DNA of 63,372 nt, filler included, from Phoronis australis (lineage: Eukaryota; Animalia; Phoronida): NCBI GenBank assembly GCA_002633005.1. It is 7 parts of 7 records of this genome, joined end to end, with 100 filler letters (N's around TTAATTAATTAA, not from the genome) between each part and the next. Parts side by side here need not be neighbours in the genome. Positions count along the whole stretch, not along the records: positions 22,470 to 29,455 come from NMRA01002084.1; positions 29,556 to 50,942 come from NMRA01000562.1; 5 more parts are not named here. The stretch is one strand, 5' to 3'. A model generated the notes under the pieces. It was not told where the DNA came from. It searched no databases and worked only from the letters and a program-made list of their open reading frames with translations. Position numbers and translations under genes: made by a program. Numbering within the stretch: position 1 is the stretch's first letter; the number at the start of each line of letters is the position of its first letter. Below, in pieces: positions 26,106-37,555 of the stretch.

Positions 26106-26316
26106 CCGAGTAATACATCTCGGTCAACATGTCGGCGACTACCTTCAAGTTGGCTACACAGCCAGTACAGAAGGCTGCCAGAAGGTCGTAGGCAGCAATG
26201 ATGGTCGGAGGAGACGAGCACACGGGCACCGCATTGTCAGCGGGTAGCTCACCGTTGAGCTTTTTGGAGTGCAGCACCATTCTGGACGCAGGGAATATGA
26301 AGTCCTCTATGAGTTC
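26106..26316 (-). CDS. USP9X: USP9/FAF exon
   Basis: Encodes [15 protein letters not shown]...[16 protein letters not shown]...GCVANLK...LTEMYYS. Confidence 0.93.
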
Positions 26317-26477
26317 CTAGGAAATACAGAACATCTCGCATTATGCCCGTGTAGTTTTTATAAAACACAGTATTATATATATAATTATGTAAATCTTAAA
26401 CCAGCGTTGAAATGTAGATCACAAACATTTGGCCAATAGGTGCCGTGCAGATCAAACTTAAAAATTTTAAGTGAAAA

Positions 26478-26563
26478 GTTCCAGGTGATCAGTGCAATGG
26501 ACCCACATGCTCGGCCTGCGCACATCTGGTACAATGTGTATCAGACCGGCTATATTATTTTTT
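26478..26563 (+). repeat. ~85-bp dispersed repeat, also present in a TAF1 intron (62838-62925)
   Basis: GTTCCAGGTGATCAGTG(C/T)AATGG(A/G)CCCACATGC...TCTGGTACAA...TCAGACCG is present in both contigs. Confidence 0.75.
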
Positions 26564-26706
26564 TAAAATTACTTTTATGCCTCACAAATCTTCAGAAAAG
26601 GCATTAGCAAATAAAAAATACATTTGCCAGAAAGTACTCGCAGACATTAAAGCCAACAGCACAACGAGACCTATAAACCTAAAGCCAATAGCAGACAGAG
26701 AGGTAC

Positions 26707-26853
26707 CTTGATGAGATTTGCTCCTCCACTTTCAGCACCCAGGTGGAATTTCTTCTCCGTTGTTTGGAAGGCCAGCAACTCTCTGGTCAGTCCCAAGTGT
26801 CCCTCCAGTAGTGCGTCGTCAGGGGCAGTCCCAGGAGCCTGCACTACGTCGTC
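26707..26853 (-). CDS. USP9X: USP9/FAF exon
   Basis: Encodes DDVV...[35 protein letters not shown]. Confidence 0.93.
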
Positions 26854-27143
26854 CTGGCAACAAAATTGAGAAGAATTACTAAAATAAAACAGGCATACAA
26901 CTGAAAAGCTTGTTTAGTGCTGCTGTTCAGGGTAAGACTTGTATGATTAATTCATGAGTAATAACGCGTTTTTAGAACTTAATAAGAAAAAAGACTGGAC
27001 ACGAAAACTTGACAGTCTAGACGGTTACACTTAAACACCTGGAACATACATTTGTTCCAGTTGAATTCAAAGTTTCAGTGGATAGTTTAGGTCAATGTAA
27101 CTTAAGTTGTGGATGTCAAAGCAGTAACGCTGTCGCAACTTAC

Positions 27144-27234
27144 GCGTATCCTCTTGAGCCACGTGATTTCGTTGTTGAGCAGAACTTCAGAGTTGGCAAG
27201 CGGTGCCTTGGTGACATGAGCATAGTTTAATAAC
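27144..27234 (-). CDS. USP9X: USP9/FAF exon
   Basis: Encodes LLNYAHVTKAPLANSEVLLNNEITWLKRIR. Confidence 0.92.
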
Positions 27235-27668
27235 CTGAAATGGATAATGAAGTTCTTTGTTACCCAAAGCATTAAACCACAAAGCGTTTTTAAACCAAAT
27301 AGAACAGCTCAGAGAGAATCCATCTATTGAAAATCTAGAAGTGTAAATAAAACTGAATCAAAGAAATGACATGAAAGAAAATACCATCTCAAGGGTAAAG
27401 CCCAACTCTACGAACAGGTAAACATCAACCGGGGCCCAAGAAAGAGCTGTTCATATACCAACTCAGCGTATGTACAAATCAGAATAAGTGATGAGGTATT
27501 TATCACGATCAAGAGCACTGGACAGATACAGTAAACAGATTCATACACCATGTCAATCGCGAATGTTTTGATTCTGTCTCATGTTCAAGGCCTGTATACA
27601 GCGTGTTTATGTAAAACTGGTTATAGCGTCAGTATCTATGTCACTGCTATCCTTAGAGTACAACTCAC

Positions 27669-27724
27669 CTGCAGAGTAACGTGAAGTAATCATGCGACTG
27701 CTTTGCATTTTCCTTAGCTGTGTT
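27669..27724 (-). CDS. USP9X: USP9/FAF small exon
   Basis: Encodes NTAKENAKQSHDYFTLLC; 56 nt, phase 0 to 2, consistent with the neighbouring exons. Confidence 0.88.
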
Positions 27725-28445
27725 CTGGAAGGGAACAATTGCACGTAAACTACAAGTCCAACTGACTAATCCGTGCTCATCAACCTTCGTTTGAAAATAC
27801 ATCGAGATGCGTCGCAAATTTATTGTCTGGACCCCATGGCATTGAGCTCAACGTGAAAAGTGGTTTTAAAGGACAGAGGTCATGAGGTAAAACATGATGT
27901 CATGTCAATGAATCGTAAATGATTTTATTAGAAATGTCATAACCGATTTCTAGAGAAATCAATAGGGTTCTACAATGCTTTCTTGATTCATATTTTAACA
28001 GCTTTGGTTCGTTCCTTGGAAATCAAATTACAGATTAACCAAACATTGAAACCGTTGGAAATATAACAGTGAAGCCAATATACCGACTCCTCTGCTAGAA
28101 AGCATATTAGCTTATCAATGTATTTGTCAATATCTAATCCATATGTTTTAAAGACAGTGAACACTATGTAGCAACTTTAATACAGATTCTTTTCCATCAC
28201 AAAACCAACCTATTTTCCTGCAACTTAATATATACAAACTGCTCTTCCCAAGTCCACAAATCATTATCTAAGCAACACTAAAGCCAAGAATATTTTTAAA
28301 TCAGGCAAGCGATTCAAATCAAAAGTTACGAATTGGCGGGTACATGGGGACTTTAAAATGTTAACTGGGCTTTACATATTACAAGGATATCATTCCTGAT
28401 ACATGTAGATAATGTTTCAGCGAACTGCTTTGGTTATTGCCTTAC

Positions 28446-28554
28446 CGATAGAACCGTGAAAAGTAGAGTAATGAAAAATATTAATGGTCTGTGTCCTGAT
28501 GAACACTTGGTGGCCATCATGAAGAACTGGTCTGCAGCTGACAGTCTCACTGGT
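28446..28554 (-). CDS. USP9X: USP9/FAF exon
   Basis: Encodes PVRLSAADQFFMMATKCSSGHRPLIFFITLLFTVLS. Confidence 0.92.
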
Positions 28555-29059
28555 CTACAAGGTGAAAAGAGGCTTAAGTTAAACACAAGTTAAGATGAAA
28601 TGGCAGGTTTGAGGTATAGTCTGGACATCTCAACAATGCAGATATGAGCTGGTCAAAACATATGATCTGGCACGTAGAGTTTCAAGAAGTAAAAAGTTTT
28701 TGGTGAACATCAAATATACTCTGGCAAAAATATGACAATAACATTTTACTACCTGGCGAACACTTTATCATATCAAAAGTTGCAACTCTGGACTTCGCCA
28801 AAATGGTCGTAAGCACAATAGTGCAAACACAATATTGTACTCTTTCAGAGGATTGAAAATGTCACAACTGGTATGAAGCTCTATTTTCATATTCATACTT
28901 TACAACAAGCCACATATAATCAATCATCTTAGCTAAGAGCAGACTGACGAGCCTTGCTAAAACAGGCCCATGATGTCATTGTGGTAGTTGTGTTTACGAC
29001 AAAATGTACTGTCGGGTCAGACCATCACTCTCGGTATTGTTTACACGTTCTGTACTAAC

Positions 29060-29355
29060 CTGCTCCGGCAGAGCAACAGCTGGTCAATGATGAAGCAATG
29101 CCAAGCCTTATCCTTGTTCAGTGCCTCCAGGGCGGCTGGACACAAGGCCAGACAGACGGTCAGCACCTCCATGGCCTCCCGGCTCAGGAAAATGTCCTCC
29201 ATGTCTGGCTGTTTGTCTGGGTTGGTCGGTTTCTCATGTGCCTTGTGGATGTCTTCGTTGGAGGCACAGGCCAGATGGAGACATCCACTAGAGGCTGACC
29301 AAGCTATCTTCTGAATGGCCTTCACAGTAGTTAGGTCAGGCACTGTGCTGGTGGC
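29060..29355 (-). CDS. USP9X: USP9/FAF exon
   Basis: Encodes ...KAIQKIAWSASSG...EAMEVLTVCLALCPAALEALNKDKAWHCFIIDQLL... Confidence 0.93.
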
Positions 29356-29455
29356 CTGGGCAGAAAATGAAACACGATACAATGTTCGTGTAATAGCAAA
29401 ATGCTCTACATCGCACTCAACTCTGGGATGACCGTAATTGGAGATTTTAAAAGTG

Positions 29456-29555
29456 NNNNNNNNNNNNNNNNNNNNNNNNNNNNNNNNNNNNNNNNNNNNT
29501 TAATTAATTAANNNNNNNNNNNNNNNNNNNNNNNNNNNNNNNNNNNNNNNNNNNN
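29456..29555. other. Artificial contig linker
   Basis: 44 N + TTAATTAATTAA + 44 N. Confidence 0.98.
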
Positions 29556-29598
29556 ATCACCGAACGATGTTGATAGAAACTGATTGCTAAAAACTTAC

Positions 29599-29759
29599 CA
29601 AGTAATGTTGTGTAGTCTCCGAATGGAACTGCATAGTCATAGACATAGAGCACACACGGGGCTTCAGCATCCACACATTTTTTGTCAGTTAGTTGACCCT
29701 GTTGACCGCAATTGTCCACGAATATAGTAACCTTAGGTCTTTTGGGAATTTTTGGCCAC
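29599..29759 (-). CDS. Probable internal exon of an unidentified gene
   Basis: Acceptor ttttcgacAG and donor GTAAGT bracket the open frame WPKIPKRPKVTIFVDNCGQQGQLTDKKCVDAEAPCVLYVYDYAVPFGDYTTLL. Confidence 0.45.
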
Positions 29760-31130
29760 CTGTCGAAAACTTGCACCAGGGAAATTAGCAGTAATAAGGC
29801 TTAGCGCGACGACGTATTTTGATAAAAATTCCATCTTTTACCAGTTGTTTACATGCAGACAGCCACGCATGCGCAATTCAATCACCACTAGTACCGCAGC
29901 GACACCGCGAGGAGAATTCTCCGAATAGCCCCATTACTTCTGCATTGTCCCCTAGGTTTGCGGCCATACAAGAATTAGAAGTAGCGCAAGTTAATTATCC
30001 AGCTACCTCGATAAGGTCGAGTAAGTTGCGCTAGTTTAAATAGCGTCCACATGGACCTTAAACCTACATGTAGCGACAACTGGTTCCAGAAGTAACTTGT
30101 TCTAGGGTAAGTCTATGTGTGGACGGTACTATAGACTCTACGAAAATACCAAAGCTGTGCCACGGCGGCAACGCACAGGAATTGAAATGTAGGTCACATG
30201 CACTCAAATAGATCGTTGTACAGCTGCACGGCCACACGGCTGACTGCACCACAAACACAGGTGACGCTCTAAATCAATACAGGAACAGCAATAAACAATA
30301 ACACTTTGGAGTTACAGTTGCGCTTTTGCTCACTGAAATGATGGTTAAATTCAAACTTGCGCGTGTTGGTATTTTTACTGGTGATTCTTCAATGAAGAGT
30401 CATATACAATTAATTATTTAGAAAACGAATTTACCGTGATGTAGCACTTTCAAAATGTGGAGACATGGGCTTAATGCGTTAAATAACGTGGCATAGTCAG
30501 CGAGACATTGCAAAATAACCAAACTTTGCTAGTGGCAGCACTAATTTGGGAGCATTTTTCAGATTGCTAATTTCAATATTCAGAATTTTCCCATCTAGTT
30601 ACCTTTCAGAAATGCAATTTAGAAGTTGATGTCCCGCGTGTGCACGGGGGACATTTTCCAACTAAGCTACTATTCTAGCGCTTCGCTTGTAATGCATGGC
30701 GACATCTTGCCAAACATGCTCGCAACTAGACTTACGAAACGGAGTCAGGATTCTATGGGTTGTGTGGTGCTGCACAAATGTCCTACCATACCAACAGTCG
30801 CAAAGCAATTGGCCTTTATGTACATGAAGACGACCTATGCAGAAGGTACTGTATGCGACGGGTGAAAAGATGCGCGCCAGTTGTTAATTAGTTTGTAATT
30901 CTTGTGACACATCCGGTCGTGCAACCCCTGTTGAGACGTCTGCTTCGGTCGCCATTGTATTGCAAGTTCGCGTTTTATTATAGTTACTTATTTCGTTGCA
31001 CTTTGGTATTCGTTTATCTCCCGGTGTTGTGGCAGTGGTGGTTTATGTAAGAACAAAGAATCTGTCGATGTCCCTACTTCGCCAATCCATTTCGGTGATC
31101 GTGTTTACTTTGTATGGTGATGGTATCAAG

Positions 31131-31825
31131 CACAGGCGTCCTCAGCTTCTGATCGTCCCCAATACACTATATATAATACTACAAGGTACATGTATGACAC
31201 TCCGGACCAGAAATTCCACGGGTGCTTCACTTCAGCCGTCCATATCAAACACAAAAAAGAAACTCAATAAATTTACACAAAATAAGGTTTCAACAAACCA
31301 TTAGCAATTTTTCTTTCTTCTAATACCGTTCAAGGTGTCCTGCTCCAGCGAGATCACAACAAAATCGCGGTCAAAAAAACAAAAATGTTCCCAAAATGCC
31401 CACGCATCGAGCCTCCTTGAACAGTTCGAGGTCAAGGACGGTACAGTAATTGCCGATTTGTCACGGACTGTCACGACATCGATAACTCCACCTTAGCCAG
31501 ACCATTTCGTAACCTTCCATGAGAAACCGGCAATTGCCGGAACCGTCCAAGGAGGCTCGATGCGTGGGCATTTTGGGAACATTTGTGTGCTTTGACCGCG
31601 AATTTGTTGCCATCTCGCTAGAGCAGGACACCGTGAATGGTATTAGAAGAAAGAACAATTGCTAGTGGTTTGTTGAAACGTTGTTTTGTGTAAATTTATT
31701 GAGTTTTGTGTTTGATATGGACGGCTGAAGTGAAGCACCCGTGGAACTTCTGGTCGGGCGTGTCATACGTACGTTGTAGTATTATATAGTGTATTGGGGA
31801 CGATCAGAAGCTGAGGACGCCTGTG
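31131..31825. mobile_element. 695-bp foldback MITE with an 8-bp TSD (P- or hAT-like)
   Basis: Termini CACAGGCGTCCTCAGC / GCTGAGGACGCCTGTG and ~300-bp arms. Flanks GTATCAAG / GTACCAAG. Confidence 0.85.
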
Positions 31826-32391
31826 GTACCAAGTCTCGCACTGGAGATCCTTACCTTGTTACCAGCATTGTTGGCGAGTGGGGTTTTATTCGTAAATTTA
31901 TTGGTTCCCAACTAAGAGCGACATCCTACAAGGTTAAATTTTCCGACTGTAACCGTGTAGCGTCGCTGACATCCACTGTTCCTAAACCAAGTAAGACATT
32001 CGTCAATTACATGAATGACGTGGAACCACCAGACTCTCCGCTTGAGTCTCCCATGGAGTTAATACACTCACTTGATAACGACAGATTAGATGACGAGAAA
32101 CTGCATGACTTACCAGCAGAAGCACTTCATCCTCAACCCACCAATCTGGAGATTGATCAGTCTGCTGTAGATGATTCTCAATCCACTCAGTAGGAAAAAC
32201 CGGCAGGTGTCAGCACCAGGCCAAAGCGTGTAAGACGGCCAGCATCATATGTTTAAAGGACTATGAAGTTGGTCTTCCTTAATGTACTCGCAGACTATGT
32301 ACTTCTTGAAGGACTCTAACTTCTTAGTAAATCCAGACTCATGATAAATAGTTTTATCTTAAGTTTTGCATACAGGTAATCATAGAGATAA

Positions 32392-33347
32392 CAGTGGCGG
32401 ATCTAGGATATCACAAGAGGGGGGCCCAACATTTTGTCCAGCTGTAAGCATTTGCGCAAACTGAACCACGATTATAGATGCGCATAGCACAGAATGGGGG
32501 GAGGTCGGGAGAGGGGTTTGCCCTAGGAAATTTTTCTGTTTTTACCTCTAAAAATGAAGCATTTTCCTTGATTCCTGAAGTATTATCCAAGAAAAAAAGA
32601 AAAAAAAAACACGGAGAACGTGTCAAACAGGAAAAAACTACAAGTACCAAAGACTCGAACTCACGACCTGGCGGATAGAGCGTGCTTGCGTTACCACTAC
32701 ACCACCACGATTTAACTACTAATCTCATAGTAAGAAACCTACTTGTTTATGGTCCACAGCGTTTGCGAGCGAAACCTACTTCTTTTTATGATGCTTATTA
32801 CACGTTTTATATTTTGTGCCATCAATTCTTAACAAATTTGTCGTATTTAAAATAGTCTTCAAATGCCCAAAATACCAAATCCGTTTTTCGTGTTGGCAAT
32901 AATGACGGCATTGCTTTGGAAATCGTCAAGATAAGGTTTGACAAAGAGAATATTGCGAGTTTCTGAGTGATACACTAAGGCTTCGATTAAAATTCACATC
33001 TTACCTGCAGCTTCTGTTTTTTCATCGTCACTCAGGTTCCATTTTTGTAAAAATGAAGTAAATTTTCTTCATTGCACAGTGGAGCAGATGACGGAAACGG
33101 AGTCGTAGTGCGCAGCGCCACTGCCGGTCGCCTGGGATATCGCGGGAGAGCCTATATACTTAGCCATAGTTCCGTTACGAATGCGCCGCGTTCCGAATTT
33201 AACACTAAAACTGCACACATTTAAATCTTTTTTCATCCGTATAATTTTAATTACCGGGGTTTATTAATAAACTCAACATTTCCCTACGCTCTTACTGTTT
33301 TATTTTTTGCGGCAAGGGCCCCCCCCCCCCTAATAAATCCGCCTATG
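32392..33347 (+). mobile_element. ~950-bp MITE (CAGTGGCGGATCTAG...AAATCCGCCTATG) containing a tRNA-like A/B box
   Basis: Imperfect TIRs; an inverted homologous copy lies at 45166-48251. The minus strand of 32652-32710 reads TGGTGTAGTGG...GAGTTCGAGTC. Confidence 0.8.
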
Positions 33348-36300
33348 GACAATTGAGTTTTATTACCATCCTATGAACTGTACGTTGAGTAAGGAGAAAA
33401 GGAGGAAGATGTTGCACCAGTTATTAGTTATTAGTTAGTTATTGTTGTGACACACCCGGATGTGCGACCCCTGTTGAGACGTGTGCTGCGACCGCCATTG
33501 TATTACAAGTTTGCGTTTTATTCTAGTTACTTATTTTGCTGCACTTTAGTGTTCGTTTATCCCATGGCGGCGTTCCATTTGCAATTGTTGACAGTCTCGA
33601 GCGATCAACATCATCAACAGTTGTTTTGATACTTTACAATACTTTGCTTAACCGTTTTCTCTAGGCAGCAATAGATTACATTCGAGGTATTCCAATTACA
33701 CCCAAAAAGAAAACAATCTTGGTGGTCAAGGCTACTACGATTCAGATTGATTCTCGACAACTACATATTTGAATACAATCGATACATTGTACCAAAAATC
33801 ACCTAGAAGATTAAAAGTTGCTATCAGCTTGGCTTTCGTCAAAAGTAACTTTTATTTACACCACTTACCTTACACAAACGGTCGTAATTTCTTCCCTACT
33901 TGATAAGCCATGATTTAGAGCTTAGAAGGTATTGATGGTTCGTTATTCCTTGAAACCGAGTTTCTAAAGTTGGCTTATAACAACGAGTCATTTTCGCGTC
34001 GGGCCTAGTCTCAAGAACTAACGACCAACTCTCACTCCTCTCCAAGCCTAAAATCACTTCTCATGTGAGTAAAGACCCGTTTTAAAGCGGTAAGTGGTTT
34101 AAATCTAGTTTAAGACGAAATTCTGGGTTACAGCAGCTTCAAATGCAGCTCCGAGCCTAACGAATTGTCTACAACGCAACTGGTAATGTTTGCATCTGCG
34201 TGTCAATTATTGTGGCTATGGACACTCGCCGTACATATTTTAAAAGTCAAAACTCGAGCATCAAGAACCGAGGGATATAGCGGACCTTTGTCGCCAGAAT
34301 GACGAAATCGTACGCAGTGACGGTGAAAAACTTCTGCTGTGGACACCTGTTCTGGGCAACCACTAGACCATGCTGAGCTTGGACAAAGGAGGAAGTGAGA
34401 TGCCGAACATGCTCTGGGAACTCACTGATCCTTCTGGGTAAAATGTTAAGTAAGATGACCAGACAAGCTCAAGCAATGATGATTGTGGAGGCTATCTGTG
34501 GAAAGTTACTTGGGTCAAACACCACGCATCAAGGACAGAGGGGTGTGGCCTACGGAGGTTGGCTGGACGTTTGTTGCCTTTTAACTTAGTTTCAGCGATT
34601 CCATACACGGTGTGTCGAAGCAATTTCTGTTGTGTATGCTTGCTCTGGGGAATTACTGTACCCTACCCTCAGTACTAGGACAGAAGTAAAAGTAGGCTGG
34701 CCAGTTCCCCATCGCTCTGGGTAGTAGCTTAATTGTCATGACTAGACAAGCAAAAGCATTGGTGGTGGTTGGCCAAGCATCAACTTCCGATGAATGTGGC
34801 CTTCATGGTTACAAAGGTCTGAAACGTCTCTCAGGAAGAATTTTACGACTGCATATTCATGACTTTTCTGAGCACTAGGCCTGGCCTGCACACGTCCGAT
34901 GCAATTCAGCCATCCTATTATCTGTCAATGACTTTGTCAAGCAAAGAACAACAACTCATTCTTTGAAAAGGTAATTTACACTGCAGTTTGTAATGAATTT
35001 TGGAAACCTGTCAAGGTCACATGACCTTATGATAGTTCAAGAGAAAAGCGTAGGCCAATGGTGTGATAAAGCAAAATGATTTTGCTTTTGTTAGCCAATT
35101 GTTACATAAGACATTATTAAAGTTTATCCAGCACTTCAGAAATTACCAGATAGAATTTGGCAGTGTTGCTACTAGGACTTGCTTCGGTGTACTGGAGAAA
35201 ATTGTACAACGGAAAACAACTTATAGAAGACTCTGGAAAGAATCTTGCAAAGGCAATTGCAAAGGTCAATGCACAAGAAGTTATTTTTCTAGGAGTTTGC
35301 TTTTGTGTATTGTTGATAGTGAGATACTACCGACTCCGCCTTGTTGCGTGACAAAGGACAGTGACCAGCAAAGTAGTGGCTAACAAAAAACTACGAGTTC
35401 TAACCATCAGGTCGGTCGTACGAGACGCAGAAACGTAGTCACGGTGTGAGCATTTAGTTCAGCACGTGGCCAACAGGGTCGTCGTTCTAGGAGCGTTGAA
35501 TCGCGGCTTGGGATTGCACGTGCTTATTCCCATAGAGGCCCCTAGCGTATTTACCCGCTATTGTCGTTAGCAAACAGATTCCAGATGTATTAATTAGTGG
35601 TTGATCCATAATACCTTAGCTACAGAACGTGGGTGGACATTTGTTCGAACAGGATAAGCATTTGTGGACGAAATATTTGCTCTGTAATATACTATATAGA
35701 CCACCAATTAGGTGCATGCGTCTACTGTTCTAAACAACGATTTTCCGAATTTAGAAAACATAACCCAAATAGAGCAGACAAGGTGCCGGACTAATGAATC
35801 TAATTGTATGTCGCACGAGGAAAGGAGACGCATAGCGTACGCACTCGTGTTAAATTACTTCTGAAAGTAATTTAACACGAGTGCGCACGCTATGCGTGAT
35901 AACATCCCTGATGAGCAACGGAAGATTTGCGTTAAAGATACTGCTTTCGCTACATCTCCGTTAAAAGCTCGTAAGACGGATATAAGACTTTCAATATTCG
36001 ATTTTTTGTGGAATTGCAATAGCAAATTATTGAAAGTGATCTCCTTCAGGCTTCTCGAATGACACGATTCTTGAACATGCTGCTCCTCACGGCAGTTCAC
36101 TGACTCAAAAACACATGCTTGTAGCCGAAGTCCGCTCTCAAAAAACACGACTAGCGCACCCAGAAACAAGGATCACCAACTCATATCCGTTAACAGACGT
36201 CGATCACGGACCGAAACAAAGTGGATCCGGAACCTGTAAAGACACCGTACCTGTCAGTAGATGTGAGACCGTGAGCCGTGTTTTCGAGTGTGTAAGCCGT

Positions 36301-36879
36301 ATTTTTAGTGCGTGCGTAAGGTTGTGAGTCATTGAACTGCTGGTCGGTGTGACGTGTTAACAAGTCTGTGAGCTGTGTTGTTCGGGTAGCCTATTCTTTA
36401 CTCTTTACCTTTTAAAAATTAGCCAAAAAATAACAAATATATACATGGTGTCTCGAAAATGTATTCACGCATTAGGCGATATCAATTGCGTTGTTAATTT
36501 TGGCTTACGATCAAGAATGTCGGTATAGCTTCGTAAAACGATGATTAAAACGAAGTAAAAGCACTGTTGATTATCTTCGGAGAAGATTGTGTTTGCACTT
36601 CCTTGGAGTTTTGAGTTCCCAGTAGTATTGCAAGATAAAGGTTCTTTTTTCAAAACCGAGTCGCAATTTTTTTCTAGGCTCTAATAAAAGTGTCCTCTTA
36701 TAATGGAAATGTCATCTACATTCCTGAAAATCCCCGAATCGCTTTCCAGCGTCTGCGATTCTATAACGAAATCAAAATTTCAAACCATTATACGTGACGA
36801 CCATTCGTAAAACGTTAGTTTGGAGAAACGCCTCTTCAGACTATTGCCCCTTCAGAGTAACGAGCTGTGCAACATTTGC

Positions 36880-37555
36880 AAAAATCGAATGAAAAATCCT
36901 AAAGGTGAGGTCAACGACCACGACCTCGAGATATATTGTTGAATCGTTCTCCGAATAAATTAACGTACAGTAATTCTTAATACTTTGACATTAGCTAAAC
37001 GGCCAATAGGGGGTGCTCCGATGGTCGAATCCGTCCAAAAATTGAATGGACCAGGTGCATCTCCGCCATATTAATCTATCTCATCTTTTACTTACTAGAT
37101 ACATGTATTACTTCAAAAAGCAAGGAACATCTTGCTTCGCATGCGCGCAACCAGCCTAAAAATAGGGGGCTCGAATTCATCGATTTGCGTACCTTTTACT
37201 GAAAAAAATCAACGAGGACTAAAAAAAACAAAAAAACGGGGCCACTAGGATCAGGCCTGCCAATCGTGCATCCGCGCCGAATTTCAGTGGACTTTGTGGA
37301 CTTTTGTGTAGATTACTCGGACTTTCAGAAACGCTTTTGTCAAGAACAGATTGCAGAAAATTAAAATGGCCAGTGGGAGATATTAATGTGGTCAAATTCG
37401 TCTGAAAATTAACTGGTGCGGTGCATTTAAATCAAATAAGTCCGTGTAAAATTTCATAAAGATCTGCCAATAGGTTAACAACGGCTGTCAACCAGAAATG
37501 CTTACGGTAAAGGATGCCTTGGTGAAATCTAACCTGGTCACAATGGGGGTTACAA
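36880..37555. repeat. Degenerate remnant related to the 336-1639 repeat family
   Basis: Shares the motifs GGCCAATAGGGGG...GAATCCGTCC-AAAA and AAATTTCATAAAGATC. Confidence 0.4.

Larger units (their letters stand above)
30871..33600 (+). mobile_element. Internally deleted Gypsy-type LTR retroelement with two nested insertions
   Basis: 5' LTR runs TG 30871...CA 31867 (interrupted). PBS-like TGGCGAG at 31872. Pol-tail remnant SYKVKFSD and STRPKRVRRPASY-LKDY (~32212-32264). PPT AAGGAGAAAAGGAGGAAGA at 33391-33409, then a 3' LTR starting TG at 33410 that is homologous to 30871-31025. Confidence 0.72.

Noticed and set aside
2059-29355. Apparent deubiquitination cluster (WDR48/UAF1 near USP9X)
   Set aside because: The genes are on different contigs separated by artificial linkers, and UAF1 partners USP1/12/46 rather than USP9X.
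31789-32193. 134-aa ORF as a host gene
   Set aside because: It is a chimeric read-through across the foldback TIR, the LTR end and the Gypsy pol tail.
35855-36169. 104-aa ORF with a faint death-effector-domain-like pattern (FNNLLLQF...)
   Set aside because: The resemblance is too weak and there are no convincing start or splice signals; an HMM search would be needed.
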